DNA of 64,000 nucleotides, from positions 8,559 through 72,558 of the forward strand of contig JAGMZX010000007.1 in the NCBI GenBank assembly GCA_018005585.1. Direction: 5' to 3'. Both the position numbers and the translations under genes were made by a program. Source of the stretch: Candidatus Hydrogenedentota bacterium (GTDB lineage: Bacteria > Hydrogenedentota > Hydrogenedentia > Hydrogenedentales > JAGMZX01). Shown here piece by piece: positions 18,776-28,274 of this stretch (within the stretch, counting starts at the first letter, position 1; every line of letters begins with the position of its first letter). The notes below the pieces were generated by a model, which saw only the letters and a program-made list of their open reading frames with translations, searched no databases and was not told where the DNA came from.

Positions 18776-20905
18776 TCAGGAATTCGGCACGTACAATTGT
18801 TGAAAGGCGGCGCAGGTGAGCGTTGCGTCGCCAAGCGAGATCTGGGCGCCGGGGCCGATGGGCTGGGGCGCGAGCCATGCGGCGGGCACGCCGTCGACGC
18901 ATACGGGCGCGTGCTCGGCCCAGGGGCACATAAAGAAGTATGCGTCCATGTGCAGCAGACAGGCATGCAAAGGGAGCACCCCCGGGCCCTGCACGTGGAT
19001 GCATGCGTCTTGTGACGCGCCCAGACTCACCCAGCCGGGTGCGGCCACGTAGGCCTCGACCCCCGGGCAATTGGCCGCCTGTTCCCCGCCGGGCGCAAGG
19101 GAATACCGTCTTGTGAGCGCGTAACCGCCGTATTCGCCGCACCATTCGGGGACCCGGTTCCGGTGTGGCGCGTGCGTGTCAAGGCACTGCCGTATGGCGC
19201 GCCACGCCGCGTCAAGACCATGGAATCTGGGCGCGCGCGCCGTGTAATTCAGGCCGATATGCTCGCGAATCTCGATGCCTTCGCCGCGCCGGAGCCGATG
19301 AACCGCCCCGGGCTTGAGCACCCGGTCCGTAGAAAGAAGATAGGTGGGGTTCGTGTCCGCGAGCACCTCCAGCGCAAGGTCTTCGCGGTCCAGAGTGACC
19401 CGCCATTGCAGCCGACTTACCTGCGGCAGGTTTCCAGACATCATGTCCGCGATATGGTATAGCCGGATATCGACGAGGCCGGGCTTCCTTCCGAAGGCCA
19501 GGCCGTCCTTGGCGATAATGCAGAAGTGGTGCGGCACGCCGCCGACCAATTGCGTCAGACAAGTGCGCTCCGCCGGAGCCGCGGCAGGGGCCATTGGGCG
19601 CGGCACCGCTCTTGCGGCGTGTAATTCGACGGGCCGGAAGTCGGGCCCGCGGGAGGCCACCATGTCCCGGATGAATTCTGTTGCGCCGTCGGGCTTCTCG
19701 AAGCCCCTGTCGGGGATGTTCAGGTCGTCGAAGACGACGTTGTGCCCGGAAATGGTGAGCTGGTAGACGATCTGCTGGCGGGTCGCATTCTGGGGGAGTA
19801 TGACGATATTGTAGGCGCCGGTGAGGTGATGCGCGGCGCCACCGGCGTCGTATTGGAGTTCGAAGGTCAGGGAGCATTCGCCTTTGCCGCAACTGGCGGA
19901 GGGTTCGAGGTATCGGTCGATCACGACGTGCTCGCCGGGCGGCAGCGTGGGTTGCCAGAGCTGATGCGGCCCTTTGGGCAATTCCGCGCCGTCGAGAAGT
20001 GCGCGGAAAACGAGATTGCGCAATTCCTCGCGGGCGGTGGCGTGCAGCCGGAATTCGACGCGAGTCCGGACATTTTCCATGAAAAAGGGGACATGGTTGA
20101 TCGTGAGATGGAGGGGAATGTCCTTGCCGCAGTAGGGACACTCGCCGTAAGGCTCTGGAAGCGCTTTCGGAGGCCAGCAGTGAGGACAGAAGGCCCGGGC
20201 TTCCGAGGTGGGCGTCATCACGGCGCCCGACGGCGGGGAATCGCTGCATTCCGGCACGGCGTCCGGAACGGCGCCCCCTTCGTAGGTCATGCGCAGGGGC
20301 AGGAAACGAAACCCGGCAGTCCGCTTCAGTCCCCGGATAAAATCAAGGCGGGGGTCGGTCGCGTGCGCTTCGCCATAGAGGACCGCGGGCGTAGATTCCC
20401 CGCCGGGGAAATCCACGCCGTCCAGATCGCAGACCCTCTCGGCCAGGGGGTCGTAGATATGCAGCCTGTCCGTGCCGGGCGGGTCCATGACGATCTTGGA
20501 CTCGCCCACGAGCACCGCGTGCCGTCTTTCCGTGTGGAACGCCACGGCGACGCGGAGGATGTGTTCGCCCGGTTGGACTTCTTCCGCCGAAAGCGCCACC
20601 TTCCGGTCTGCCAGCCTGATATTGCCGGCGCCGGGCGTCAGGACCTGTCCCGCGGGATCGACGCAGACCCCGCGTCCCTCGACTAAACGAGACCCTACGA
20701 ATGCCTGAAAAGAATCGACGGTAAGGGGGCGGTCCGAAACGTTGATCAGCCGGAACTCGACGAAGGTGGGCACGCCCACGATGAACTGGGCCACGGCGTT
20801 GATCTCGACATACAAAGGTGTTTCGGCACCCGTCGATTCACACAGCGGCCGGTATTCGCCGATGGGGTTTCCACATTGCGGGCACCACGCCTTCACGGCC
20901 TCCAT
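18776..20905 (-). CDS. Multidomain protein: two zinc ribbons, two repeat modules and two C-terminal FHA-like domains
   Basis: CPQCGNPIGEYRPLC at the N-terminus and CPHCWPP...CPYCG mid-protein, each followed by a similar module (FVEFRLINVSDRPL / VEFRLHATAREEL); FHA-like segments AFGRKPGLVDIRLYH...VSRLQWRVT...TNPTYL and IHVQGPGVLPLHACLLHM...ISLGD. Confidence 0.55.
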   Translation of the reverse strand: MEAVKAWCPQCGNPIGEYRPLCESTGAETPLYVEINAVAQFIVGVPTFVEFRLINVSDRPLTVDSFQAFVGSRLVEGRGVCVDPAGQVLTPGAGNIRLADRKVALSAEEVQPGEHILRVAVAFHTERRHAVLVGESKIVMDPPGTDRLHIYDPLAERVCDLDGVDFPGGESTPAVLYGEAHATDPRLDFIRGLKRTAGFRFLPLRMTYEGGAVPDAVPECSDSPPSGAVMTPTSEARAFCPHCWPPKALPEPYGECPYCGKDIPLHLTINHVPFFMENVRTRVEFRLHATAREELRNLVFRALLDGAELPKGPHQLWQPTLPPGEHVVIDRYLEPSASCGKGECSLTFELQYDAGGAAHHLTGAYNIVILPQNATRQQIVYQLTISGHNVVFDDLNIPDRGFEKPDGATEFIRDMVASRGPDFRPVELHAARAVPRPMAPAAAPAERTCLTQLVGGVPHHFCIIAKDGLAFGRKPGLVDIRLYHIADMMSGNLPQVSRLQWRVTLDREDLALEVLADTNPTYLLSTDRVLKPGAVHRLRRGEGIEIREHIGLNYTARAPRFHGLDAAWRAIRQCLDTHAPHRNRVPEWCGEYGGYALTRRYSLAPGGEQAANCPGVEAYVAAPGWVSLGASQDACIHVQGPGVLPLHACLLHMDAYFFMCPWAEHAPVCVDGVPAAWLAPQPIGPGAQISLGDATLTCAAFQQLYVPNS

Positions 20906-20932
20906 ACCTGGCAGTCTCCCTTCGGGCGGCCG

Positions 20933-22765
20933 TTACCGGCCCGTGATATTCATGCCGCAGTGAGGGCAAATGGCGTACTCGACCGGCACGGGTTTCTGGC
21001 ACTTGGGGCAGGGCGCGGTCTGTTGCGCGCCGCCCACGGCCGCCGGCCCGCCCGAGCCCGCGAAAATGATGCTTGGCTGCTGGGCACCGCGCGTGAACTT
21101 GTCGACCATGCCCTCCGCAAGCGCGGCGAGGCGGTCCTGCCCCTTTTCCAGCGCCGCAATGAGCTTGTCTTTTTCTTCGCTGCGCGCCTTCGCATCCACG
21201 GCGGCGGTGCGTTCGTCGCTCGTATGGCGGGCAGTCTCCGCATCGGCCTTGATGCGCGTCTTATCCAGCTTGTATTGAAGAATGATCTTCAGATTCTCTT
21301 GTTCAAGCCGGTTCTCTTCCATCTGGAGCCGGTGTTCGGCTTCCTTGAGCGACTGAAGATGGGCTTCATAGGCCATCTTGCGCCGGAGCGTTTCGTCTTC
21401 CGAGACCTGTTCGAGTTCGAAGCGCTTTCTGTCGGCCTCAAGCTTCTGTATTTGCGCTTCGGCGAGGGCGCGGGCCTCGGCGATGATGTACTGGTTCCGT
21501 TCGAGCGACGCGGCGCGCGCCTTGGCGAGTTCATGTTCGTGCTGCAACCTGTCGTATTCGCGGCGGTACTCGTCCTCGCTTTGCGTGTGCCGGATGCGCG
21601 CGATCAGGCTGGTCATATCGAGTTCGTTTTGATGCGCGACGACGACCTTCTTGAGTTCCCGGTCGCGTTCCTCGCGTTCGCGTCGCACCCGTTCGTCGAG
21701 GTCGTCGACCTCCAGTTTACGCAGGCGCGCGCGCAACTCTTGTTCGTGACGGGCGTGAGCGACAGCTTCCTCGAGTTCCGTGTCGCGCAAGACCTGCTTC
21801 ACACCGTATTGCTTGTTAAGTTCGGCGATCTCGTCGGAAAGTTCGCGGTCGCGCCTCGAAGTGTCGAGTCTGCCCCGGGCCGCCAATTCGTCTGTGCGCC
21901 GGCGGATGGCGGCGCGTTCGGCGAGCATGTCGGCGGCGAAATTGCCCATGTAGACCTCGCCGCGCGCCTGCATAATCGTCTCGTACTGGTCGCCTCCGAA
22001 CGACACGAAATTGAGCTGCACGAGGTTGAGGCCGAAACGCTGGAGGGTCAGCGCCATTGCCCCGCGGATGCCTTCCTCGAACTGGTCGCGCCAGGCGAGA
22101 TTGCCGTACATGTCCTGTAGTGCGTGGCTGCTGGTAAGCGCGCGCACCACGTCCTGCAATTCAAATGCGAGCGCCTCCTCCAACATCGAAACCGTAACGC
22201 GGCGGCGGTGTCCCGAGAAGAAATGGCGAATGAACGACGCATATTCGTCCTGGTTCACCTGGAACACGATCTGCAGCGTCAGGTCCAGTTCCGCGCCGTT
22301 CCGGTCGCGCAGGCCGCGGACAGTCGGGCGCAGCAGGACGTCGCCCGCGCTGACCAGATGAAGGGACATGGGCGCCATGCGAACGAGCGTTTCCAGAGTC
22401 TGCGCGCCTTCGTCGACCCGGTCCAGGATCCGGCCGTTCTGTTCGATTACTCCGAAGGTGCCGGGCTCGACCGTGACCCGCCGCGCGAGCCAGGAGCGGT
22501 CGATATCTTCAGGATAGACGCGCACCGCGAATTCCTCTTCCGCGCGTACCCAGCGGTTACCCGAAACGCGCGGCGCGGCCGTCGCGGCAATGTCGGCCCC
22601 GCAATTCCAGCAGAAGCGGCTGTTGCGCCCGACCTGTTTGTGACAGTCCCCGCACACGGTTGTGCTGTTGGGACCGGCCCAGCCGCACTTCGCGCAGAAG
22701 TTTGTCCGGGTCGGGATGCGCGCTTTGCAGTCCGGGTTTTCACATAGTGTAGAAAAGATCCCCAT
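20933..22765 (-). CDS. Flotillin-like SPFH (band-7) domain protein with N-terminal double zinc ribbon, long coiled coil and C-terminal zinc ribbon
   Basis: CENPDCKARIPTRTNFCAKCG and CGDCHKQVGRNSRFCWNCG at the N-terminus; SPFH-like core (GTFGVIEQNGRILDRVDEG...DLTLQIVFQVNQDEYASFIRHF); about 250 aa of E/R/A/L-rich heptad coiled coil; C-terminal CPKCQKPVPVEYAICPHCG; no TM segment; 28 bp upstream of the FHA gene on the same strand. Confidence 0.55.
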   Translation of the reverse strand: MGIFSTLCENPDCKARIPTRTNFCAKCGWAGPNSTTVCGDCHKQVGRNSRFCWNCGADIAATAAPRVSGNRWVRAEEEFAVRVYPEDIDRSWLARRVTVEPGTFGVIEQNGRILDRVDEGAQTLETLVRMAPMSLHLVSAGDVLLRPTVRGLRDRNGAELDLTLQIVFQVNQDEYASFIRHFFSGHRRRVTVSMLEEALAFELQDVVRALTSSHALQDMYGNLAWRDQFEEGIRGAMALTLQRFGLNLVQLNFVSFGGDQYETIMQARGEVYMGNFAADMLAERAAIRRRTDELAARGRLDTSRRDRELSDEIAELNKQYGVKQVLRDTELEEAVAHARHEQELRARLRKLEVDDLDERVRREREERDRELKKVVVAHQNELDMTSLIARIRHTQSEDEYRREYDRLQHEHELAKARAASLERNQYIIAEARALAEAQIQKLEADRKRFELEQVSEDETLRRKMAYEAHLQSLKEAEHRLQMEENRLEQENLKIILQYKLDKTRIKADAETARHTSDERTAAVDAKARSEEKDKLIAALEKGQDRLAALAEGMVDKFTRGAQQPSIIFAGSGGPAAVGGAQQTAPCPKCQKPVPVEYAICPHCGMNITGR

Positions 22766-22860
22766 GATACGCTTACCTCCCGTGGGTGGGGCGGATGTCC
22801 CCTCGAGGCTTCCTGCGTGCCGTTCCTGGAAACCCGTGGCACATCGCCGCTTCCCTTCCT

Positions 22861-22878
22861 TGTGACAGTATGTTCACA
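22861..22878. promoter_or_regulatory. Perfect inverted repeat TGTGA-N8-TCACA (candidate transcription-factor site)
   Basis: tTGTGAcagtatgtTCACAg in the 350-bp intergenic region, about 95 bp upstream of the SPFH gene start and about 240 bp upstream of the divergent secreted-protein gene. Confidence 0.3.
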
Positions 22879-23119
22879 GTCGAGGACACAGTTCAACCAG
22901 GAAGGAGCAAGAAGCGGGCCAAGACTTGGCGGGGAATGCTGAACGACGGATTGAGACCCCCATGTCCGGGCCGGTACAGTGGGACCGCCATAATCCGACC
23001 CCGGCCTTGGCAATATCACGTTTGGATATTTCGGAACGTTGCGCTAGAATGGCGACAGCGGACAGAACGGCCGGGCAGGCTCGAGGCAGCCGCCGGACAG
23101 AGACGGGAGGACGTAGCCG

Positions 23120-23719
23120 ATGTCAAGAAGACATGGGGTAGCGCTTATGGTCGCCAGCATGTTGCTGTGCGGTTCGTACGCTTTCGGGGTCGAACCGGCC
23201 TATAACGGCCCCATGGGCAACCCGGAGGAACCGGCGTTGCGTCCCGTAAAGTGGTTCTGGCATGGGGCAAAGGCGCTGGTGCATCACACGTTTCACGGTT
23301 TCAACAAGGGCCGGGAACAGGGATTTTGCCCGGCGGTGCGCGGCACGGCGCGGGGCGCCGAACGTGGTGTCGTGCGCTTGAGCGAAAGCGTGTACAAGGG
23401 CGCCATCGGCGTGCGGGTGCCGGCAAAAGGCAGCTTTCGCCAGATTGGTCATTGGAATGAAGTGCTGGAGGCGGAGTTCAAGCTCCACCGGGAAGATGAC
23501 GCCACGGCCAACGTAGACCCGGCGGATGCTTCGATTCATCCCCCCGTGGAAGCGGGCGAATCGCCTTCCGGCGGCGAGCTGGAGCGGGAACCGGTGCAGC
23601 CTGCTGCCCGGCCCACCGAATCCAGAGTGGAACACGCCCGACGCGCCTACTTGGGTGAGCGGGCGCGGGTCAATGAGCCGCGGCCGGGACGCGGCAATCT
23701 GCTCCGTCTTGCCAGGTGA
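23120..23719 (+). CDS. Secreted hypothetical protein
   Basis: GGGAGG Shine-Dalgarno 8 nt upstream; signal peptide MSRRHGVALMVASMLLCGSYAFG; TAGAAT -10-like element upstream; no recognisable domain. Confidence 0.45.
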   Translation: MSRRHGVALMVASMLLCGSYAFGVEPAYNGPMGNPEEPALRPVKWFWHGAKALVHHTFHGFNKGREQGFCPAVRGTARGAERGVVRLSESVYKGAIGVRVPAKGSFRQIGHWNEVLEAEFKLHREDDATANVDPADASIHPPVEAGESPSGGELEREPVQPAARPTESRVEHARRAYLGERARVNEPRPGRGNLLRLAR

Positions 23720-23772
23720 GTGACCGGTTGCGCAATACGGTCCGCCGATAAGCCTTGTCATGGGACAGGGTC

Positions 23773-24567
23773 TCAGGGTGCGTTTACGGTTACGCAATTG
23801 CGAAGGGCATCAAGCGTTTTTGGCCCGATTCCTCTAATCTCCAGCAAATCTTCCACGCGTGTGAAAGGGGTCTGGTTCCGGTAGGCGATGATCTTGTCGG
23901 CAGTAACGGGACCGATACTGGGAAGCGCCTCGAGCTGTTCGCGTGTGGCCGTGTTGAGGTCCACCAGGCCCGGATTCCCAGGGGGCGTATGCTGTTCGGC
24001 TGACGCAGGGCCGGATGCGGGGGGCGCGCTGGTGAACCCGCCCCGCCAGCCTGACACGGTGTATGCTGGAGGATTCAGCTCTGCTGCCGTTGGTTCCGGT
24101 TGATTTACCGCCACGCCGTCCACAAGCGCGATACGTGGAAACTTCGGGACGATGAGTGGCGCGCCGTCGATGAGCCTGGCGGCGCGATTGATGTCGCTCA
24201 GGTCTGCGTCTTCCGTGGGGCCGCCTGCGGCGTCAATCAAGTCCTCGACGCGCGCATCGGCCGCCAGGTCGAATACGCCCGGATGCTTCACCGCGCCCTT
24301 TACCTCTGCCACGATGACGCCGGTTTGCGGATGGGGTGGCGGCGGAAACGGCGTTTCCGCCATCGGCGGAAGCATAGAGGCAACCGGGCTTACAGGTTGG
24401 TCAGCTTCAACCCGCGCCGGGCTGTTTTCTTGGGGCGGTATCTGGACAAGCTCCTTATCCTTGTCGTGACGCGCGTGGATGAACAGCACTACCGCGCCGG
24501 CCAGAACAGCGGCCGCAAGACTTCCGAGTATGAGTTGTTCCTTCCAGGTCAGGAAACGGCTTACCAT
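23773..24567 (-). CDS. comEA: Competence protein ComEA (SLBB domain plus tandem helix-hairpin-helix DNA-binding domain)
   Basis: N-terminal TM anchor; SLBB-like region GVFDLAADARVEDLIDAAGG; C-terminal HhH motifs VDLNTATREQLEALPSIGPVTADKIIAYR...LEIRGIGPKTLDAL. Confidence 0.8.
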   Translation of the reverse strand: MVSRFLTWKEQLILGSLAAAVLAGAVVLFIHARHDKDKELVQIPPQENSPARVEADQPVSPVASMLPPMAETPFPPPPHPQTGVIVAEVKGAVKHPGVFDLAADARVEDLIDAAGGPTEDADLSDINRAARLIDGAPLIVPKFPRIALVDGVAVNQPEPTAAELNPPAYTVSGWRGGFTSAPPASGPASAEQHTPPGNPGLVDLNTATREQLEALPSIGPVTADKIIAYRNQTPFTRVEDLLEIRGIGPKTLDALRNCVTVNAP

Positions 24568-24582
24568 GAATGACCTGTCCGT

Positions 24583-27009
24583 TTAGCGGGGTTCCGGCGG
24601 GACGGGTGTTCGGGATGGGAGCGCGCGCGACCGCGTGAACAGAACGCGCCGAATGATCGCATCAAGCTCATGCATAACCACTGGTTTCGTAACGATCTCC
24701 TGGATCCCTGCCCTAGCCGCCTTTTGTTCCGTGAGATTCTCACCATAACCCGTGAAGAGTATCACGGGAATATCGCTTCCAAGCCGGCGCAATTCCATGA
24801 CCAGTTCGTCGCCGCTCATTTTGGGCATAACCTGGTCCGTGATCAATAGGTCGAATCCGCTTTCGTCAGATTGAAACTGTTCGAGAGCACGGCTGGCGGA
24901 CTCGGCGGCGACCACTTCATAACCCAGCCGCTCAAGGGCCGCCTTGCCGAAACGCCGGACAGCGTCCTCGTCGTCCACGAACAAGATGCGTCCCTGCCCG
25001 CGCGACGTTGCCTTGCACGGGCGCTCGCTCTCGAGGACCGTGCTGACAACACGCGGCAGGTAGGTATTGAACGTAGCACCGTGACCCGGTGCACTCTCGG
25101 CCATAACGGCGCCGCCGTGGCTGGTGACAATGCCGTGTACGACTGAAAGCCCCATTCCGGTGCCTTCGCCAGGCCCCTTGGTTGTAAAGAAGGGGTCGAA
25201 CACGCGCTTGAGAATATCGGGTGCCATGCCGTGGCCGGTATCGGATACGCTGAGCCGGACATAAGGGCCGGGGTGGAGTTTTGGGTGCGTTGCCGCGAGC
25301 CGCTCGTCCACATCAACGTCTTGCAGGGTCACGATGATACGGCCGCCCTGGTCGCGCATGGCCTGCGCGCTGTTCGTGATAAAATTCATGATCACCTGGT
25401 GCATCTGCGCGGCGTTGGCGGCGACCACGCCGGAATGCACATCGACATTGTCCATAATCTCGATGGTCGCGGGCAGCGTTGCCCGCGCCAGTTTCATGGC
25501 CTCCCGCACAATGACGTGCAGATAGAGGGGAATCCGCTCTTCGCTGCCTTGCCGGCTGAATGCGAGAATCTGCTTGACAAGGTCCTTTGCGCGATGCGCG
25601 GCCTGCAACGCTTCGCTCAGGTCGCTGTGAGTTTCTGAATCCGGATGCAGGTCCTGGAGGGCCATGTCGGTGAGCCCGATAATAGCGGCGAGAATATTAT
25701 TGAAATCGTGAGCAATGCCGCCGGCAAGCACACCGAGGCTTTCGAGACGCTGCGAGTGTTGCGCTTCGAGTTCGAAGCGCCTGCGCTGCCTTTCGGCCAG
25801 GGTGCGTGCGGTAATGTCGCGCAATGCGCCCAACACGCGATATGCGCGCCCGTTTTCGCCGGGCAGAGCCAGCCCTTCATCTTCAAAATACCGGTACGCG
25901 CCGGACTTGTGCAGAAAGCGGTATTCGGCATGATAGGCGCCCACGTTGGCAACCGCCGTTCGGATACTCGCATTGACCCGGTCGCGATCCTCGGGATGAA
26001 TCAAGGAGAGCAGGCGCTGGAAATCGACGCCTTCCACTTCCTCCCGCGTATAACCCGTGACACGCGAAATCGGGCCAATCCAGCGGATGCCGCCCGTTTC
26101 GATGTGATAGTCGTAGAGAATTTGTCCGGTGCGGTCCGCGACGATTTCGTAACTGCTGCTTCCATCCGGGGACGTGCGCACGGCTTCGATACGCGAGTGC
26201 GGCGGCCGCGCAATGGCCAAGGCCACAAAACGGTCCTTTGACGCAAGCGACCGGACGGTCAGTTCAATGGGCAGGGTTTGGCCTGTCTTGCTGACGAGTA
26301 CCGTCTCAAAAAAGACCTGTTGATGCTTCACCAGGCTTTCCATGCGCACCACAGCGGCTTCGGCCCGTTCAGGATGGACAAGGTCCATGATGCTCATGCC
26401 AAGCAGGTTTTCGGCATCGTAGCCCAGTACTCTGCAGGTTTCGTCGTTGACTTCAATAATCCGGCCGGGAACAAGGTCTTTCCTGGAAATTTCGAATGCG
26501 ACGACCAGGTCGCCCGTTGTGTTGAAAATGGTCCGGTATCTTTCCTCGCTTTCGCGCAGAGCCACGCTGCGTTCCGAAGCAAGCGTTGCGAGGCGTTTGT
26601 TGGCGGTGCGCAGTTCTTCCGTCTGCTCCCGAAGCTGCAGAATCGCCTTCAGGCGGTCTGCCAGAATGACATCGGGGAGGTCCGCGGACATGACTTGGTC
26701 GCCCGTCTCCAGGTACTGTTGGTCCGAGGCTTCCAGGTTCACGCCGTTGGCCAGCAGCAAGAGTACGGGAAAGGGGTCGTCGAAGAAGTGCTCGCGAAGG
26801 GACTTAACGGAATTCAGAGACTTTTTCCCCGTTTGGGAAACACCGACCACGGCCGCGCTTGGAATCCTGCCTTTCAGGAGCCGAAGCGCGGCCTCGACGG
26901 ACGGCGCCGTCACGGGGCGGGTTTCCGCAAGGCAGGTCTCGATAAGGCTTGCCACGCGGCGCCGTGCCGACGTCACGCCGTCCAAGACCAAGACTACCGG
27001 TTGGCTCAT
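24583..27009 (-). CDS. Hybrid sensor histidine kinase/response regulator (receiver-like N-terminus, PAS, HisKA, HATPase_c, C-terminal REC)
   Basis: H-box AHDFNNILAAIIG; N/G1/G2 ATPase boxes (IMNFITNSAQAM, DTGHGM, GEGTGMGLSVV); C-terminal receiver RILFVDDE...DLLITDQVMPKMSGDEL; PAS-like segments mid-protein. Confidence 0.85.
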   Translation of the reverse strand: MSQPVVLVLDGVTSARRRVASLIETCLAETRPVTAPSVEAALRLLKGRIPSAAVVGVSQTGKKSLNSVKSLREHFFDDPFPVLLLLANGVNLEASDQQYLETGDQVMSADLPDVILADRLKAILQLREQTEELRTANKRLATLASERSVALRESEERYRTIFNTTGDLVVAFEISRKDLVPGRIIEVNDETCRVLGYDAENLLGMSIMDLVHPERAEAAVVRMESLVKHQQVFFETVLVSKTGQTLPIELTVRSLASKDRFVALAIARPPHSRIEAVRTSPDGSSSYEIVADRTGQILYDYHIETGGIRWIGPISRVTGYTREEVEGVDFQRLLSLIHPEDRDRVNASIRTAVANVGAYHAEYRFLHKSGAYRYFEDEGLALPGENGRAYRVLGALRDITARTLAERQRRRFELEAQHSQRLESLGVLAGGIAHDFNNILAAIIGLTDMALQDLHPDSETHSDLSEALQAAHRAKDLVKQILAFSRQGSEERIPLYLHVIVREAMKLARATLPATIEIMDNVDVHSGVVAANAAQMHQVIMNFITNSAQAMRDQGGRIIVTLQDVDVDERLAATHPKLHPGPYVRLSVSDTGHGMAPDILKRVFDPFFTTKGPGEGTGMGLSVVHGIVTSHGGAVMAESAPGHGATFNTYLPRVVSTVLESERPCKATSRGQGRILFVDDEDAVRRFGKAALERLGYEVVAAESASRALEQFQSDESGFDLLITDQVMPKMSGDELVMELRRLGSDIPVILFTGYGENLTEQKAARAGIQEIVTKPVVMHELDAIIRRVLFTRSRALPSRTPVPPEPR

Positions 27010-27264
27010 GCCCTAGAATCCCGAAATTGCCTTGAAAATCACCAGGAGGTCGGCCTTCTCCCTAGTATGCGGGTCATGGCGCGAAGGTGTCAAGCAGGAC
27101 CTGCTTCATGCTTGAGGCTCTTCCCCGGCCCTGCGGGAATTCGGGCAGGAATATTCGGGAATAACAGAGCGAAAACGGGCGTTTTTACGTGCGACTGTCT
27201 GTTCCGGTCACATCAGGGCAAAGACGCGCGTTCCCCTGCGCGGAACCACCGAAAGGAACCTCTT

Positions 27265-27777
27265 ATGCCGCCGCTTTATGACCCCGAACAGGTTCGGCCC
27301 ATGTGGGAGGAACTTGCCCGCGTCGGGATTACCCCCGTAACGACGCCCGGAGGCGTAGACGAGGCTATCGGGAACAATGAGGGGACTGTGTTGTGCGTCA
27401 TCAACTCCGTATGCGGCTGCGCGGCGGGGAATGCGCGGCCCGGTGTCTGCCTTGCGCTGCAGAGTGACGTGATTCCCGACGTCATGATCACGGTATTTGC
27501 AGGAATGGACACCGAGGCGACGGCGCGTGCCCGCTCGTATATGCCGGATGTCGCCCCTTCTTCTCCCTGTATTGCGCTTTTCAAGAACGGCAAACCATTG
27601 CGGGTATTTGAGCGGCGGCACATCGAGGATATGACTGCCGTGGAAATAGCCAACCAGCTGCAGGCCGTGTTCCGTGAGCATTGCACCCGCCGGGGCCCGT
27701 CCGTTCCGCGTGAAGTCTATGAGGCCAATGAACCGGCCCGTGTATGCGGGAGCACCCTTTCTCCCTATACCGCGTGA
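27265..27777 (+). CDS. Bacilliredoxin-family (BrxA/BrxB, YphP/YqiW, DUF1094) thiol-disulfide oxidoreductase with CGC active site
   Basis: Near-collinear match to the Bacillus BrxA pattern: VINSVCGCAAGNARP, TVFAGMDTEATARAR, APSSPCIALFK; starts at MPPLYDPEQ (ATG 27265) with GGAAC RBS; the upstream part of ORF 26278..27777 is antisense to the kinase. Confidence 0.8.
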   Translation: MPPLYDPEQVRPMWEELARVGITPVTTPGGVDEAIGNNEGTVLCVINSVCGCAAGNARPGVCLALQSDVIPDVMITVFAGMDTEATARARSYMPDVAPSSPCIALFKNGKPLRVFERRHIEDMTAVEIANQLQAVFREHCTRRGPSVPREVYEANEPARVCGSTLSPYTA

Positions 27778-27902
27778 GACGAGCCAAGGAACGCTTCCCG
27801 GACCGCCGGACCAAGGCGGCGGCCTTGCGTCAATTCGCCCGGGGTCGTCTTCGTGCCGGGAACGGGGTACTTCTCGTCCCGTTCACACTCGAAATTGGCC
27901 GT

Positions 27903-27929
27903 GCCCTGAAACGCGATATGTTTCAGGGC
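27903..27929 (+). terminator. Perfect stem-loop, candidate intrinsic terminator after the bacilliredoxin gene
   Basis: GCCCTGAAAC-gcgatat-GTTTCAGGGC (10-bp perfect stem, 7-nt loop) followed by ttgtg; about 125 bp after the stop at 27777, inside a 500-bp non-coding gap. Confidence 0.35.
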
Positions 27930-28274
27930 TTGTGCGGCTGCACTGGGGTCAAGCCGAGTTCGTAGAGGCGACGGATGACGCCACGGGGGTCGAATTTCCG
28001 GAAACGGTTGCTCTGGGTTCCGATGCCGTTTAACTGGAAGGCGGGCAATGAGGGCGGAGCTGCTGCGAGTCGAGACACGGGCGTGAGGCGCTGTTCCGCG
28101 GGAGTATGAAGGCGGCGTGGCCAGTAATTAAGGCTCCGGAAGGGATTCGGGCTGAACCGTGAGGGTCGCGGGATGCGGGAACACGGTTCTGGACTCCCGT
28201 GCGGGGCTTCGGCTATTCTTCCCTCCCTGCCGCGATGCGCATGATACAGTGGATGTTCACAAGGGATTTTCGGA

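Noticed and set aside
19212-22120. ORFs 19212..20249 (-), 19742..20686 (+) and 20876..22120 (+) inside the FHA and SPFH genes
   Set aside because: Alternate-frame or antisense artefacts, R/P-rich and overlapping multidomain CDSs with clear zinc-ribbon, FHA and SPFH features.
26278-27264. N-terminal 330 aa of the 499-aa ORF 26278..27777 (+)
   Set aside because: Antisense to the hybrid histidine kinase; only the last 170 codons (27265..27777) form the bacilliredoxin homologue with its own RBS.
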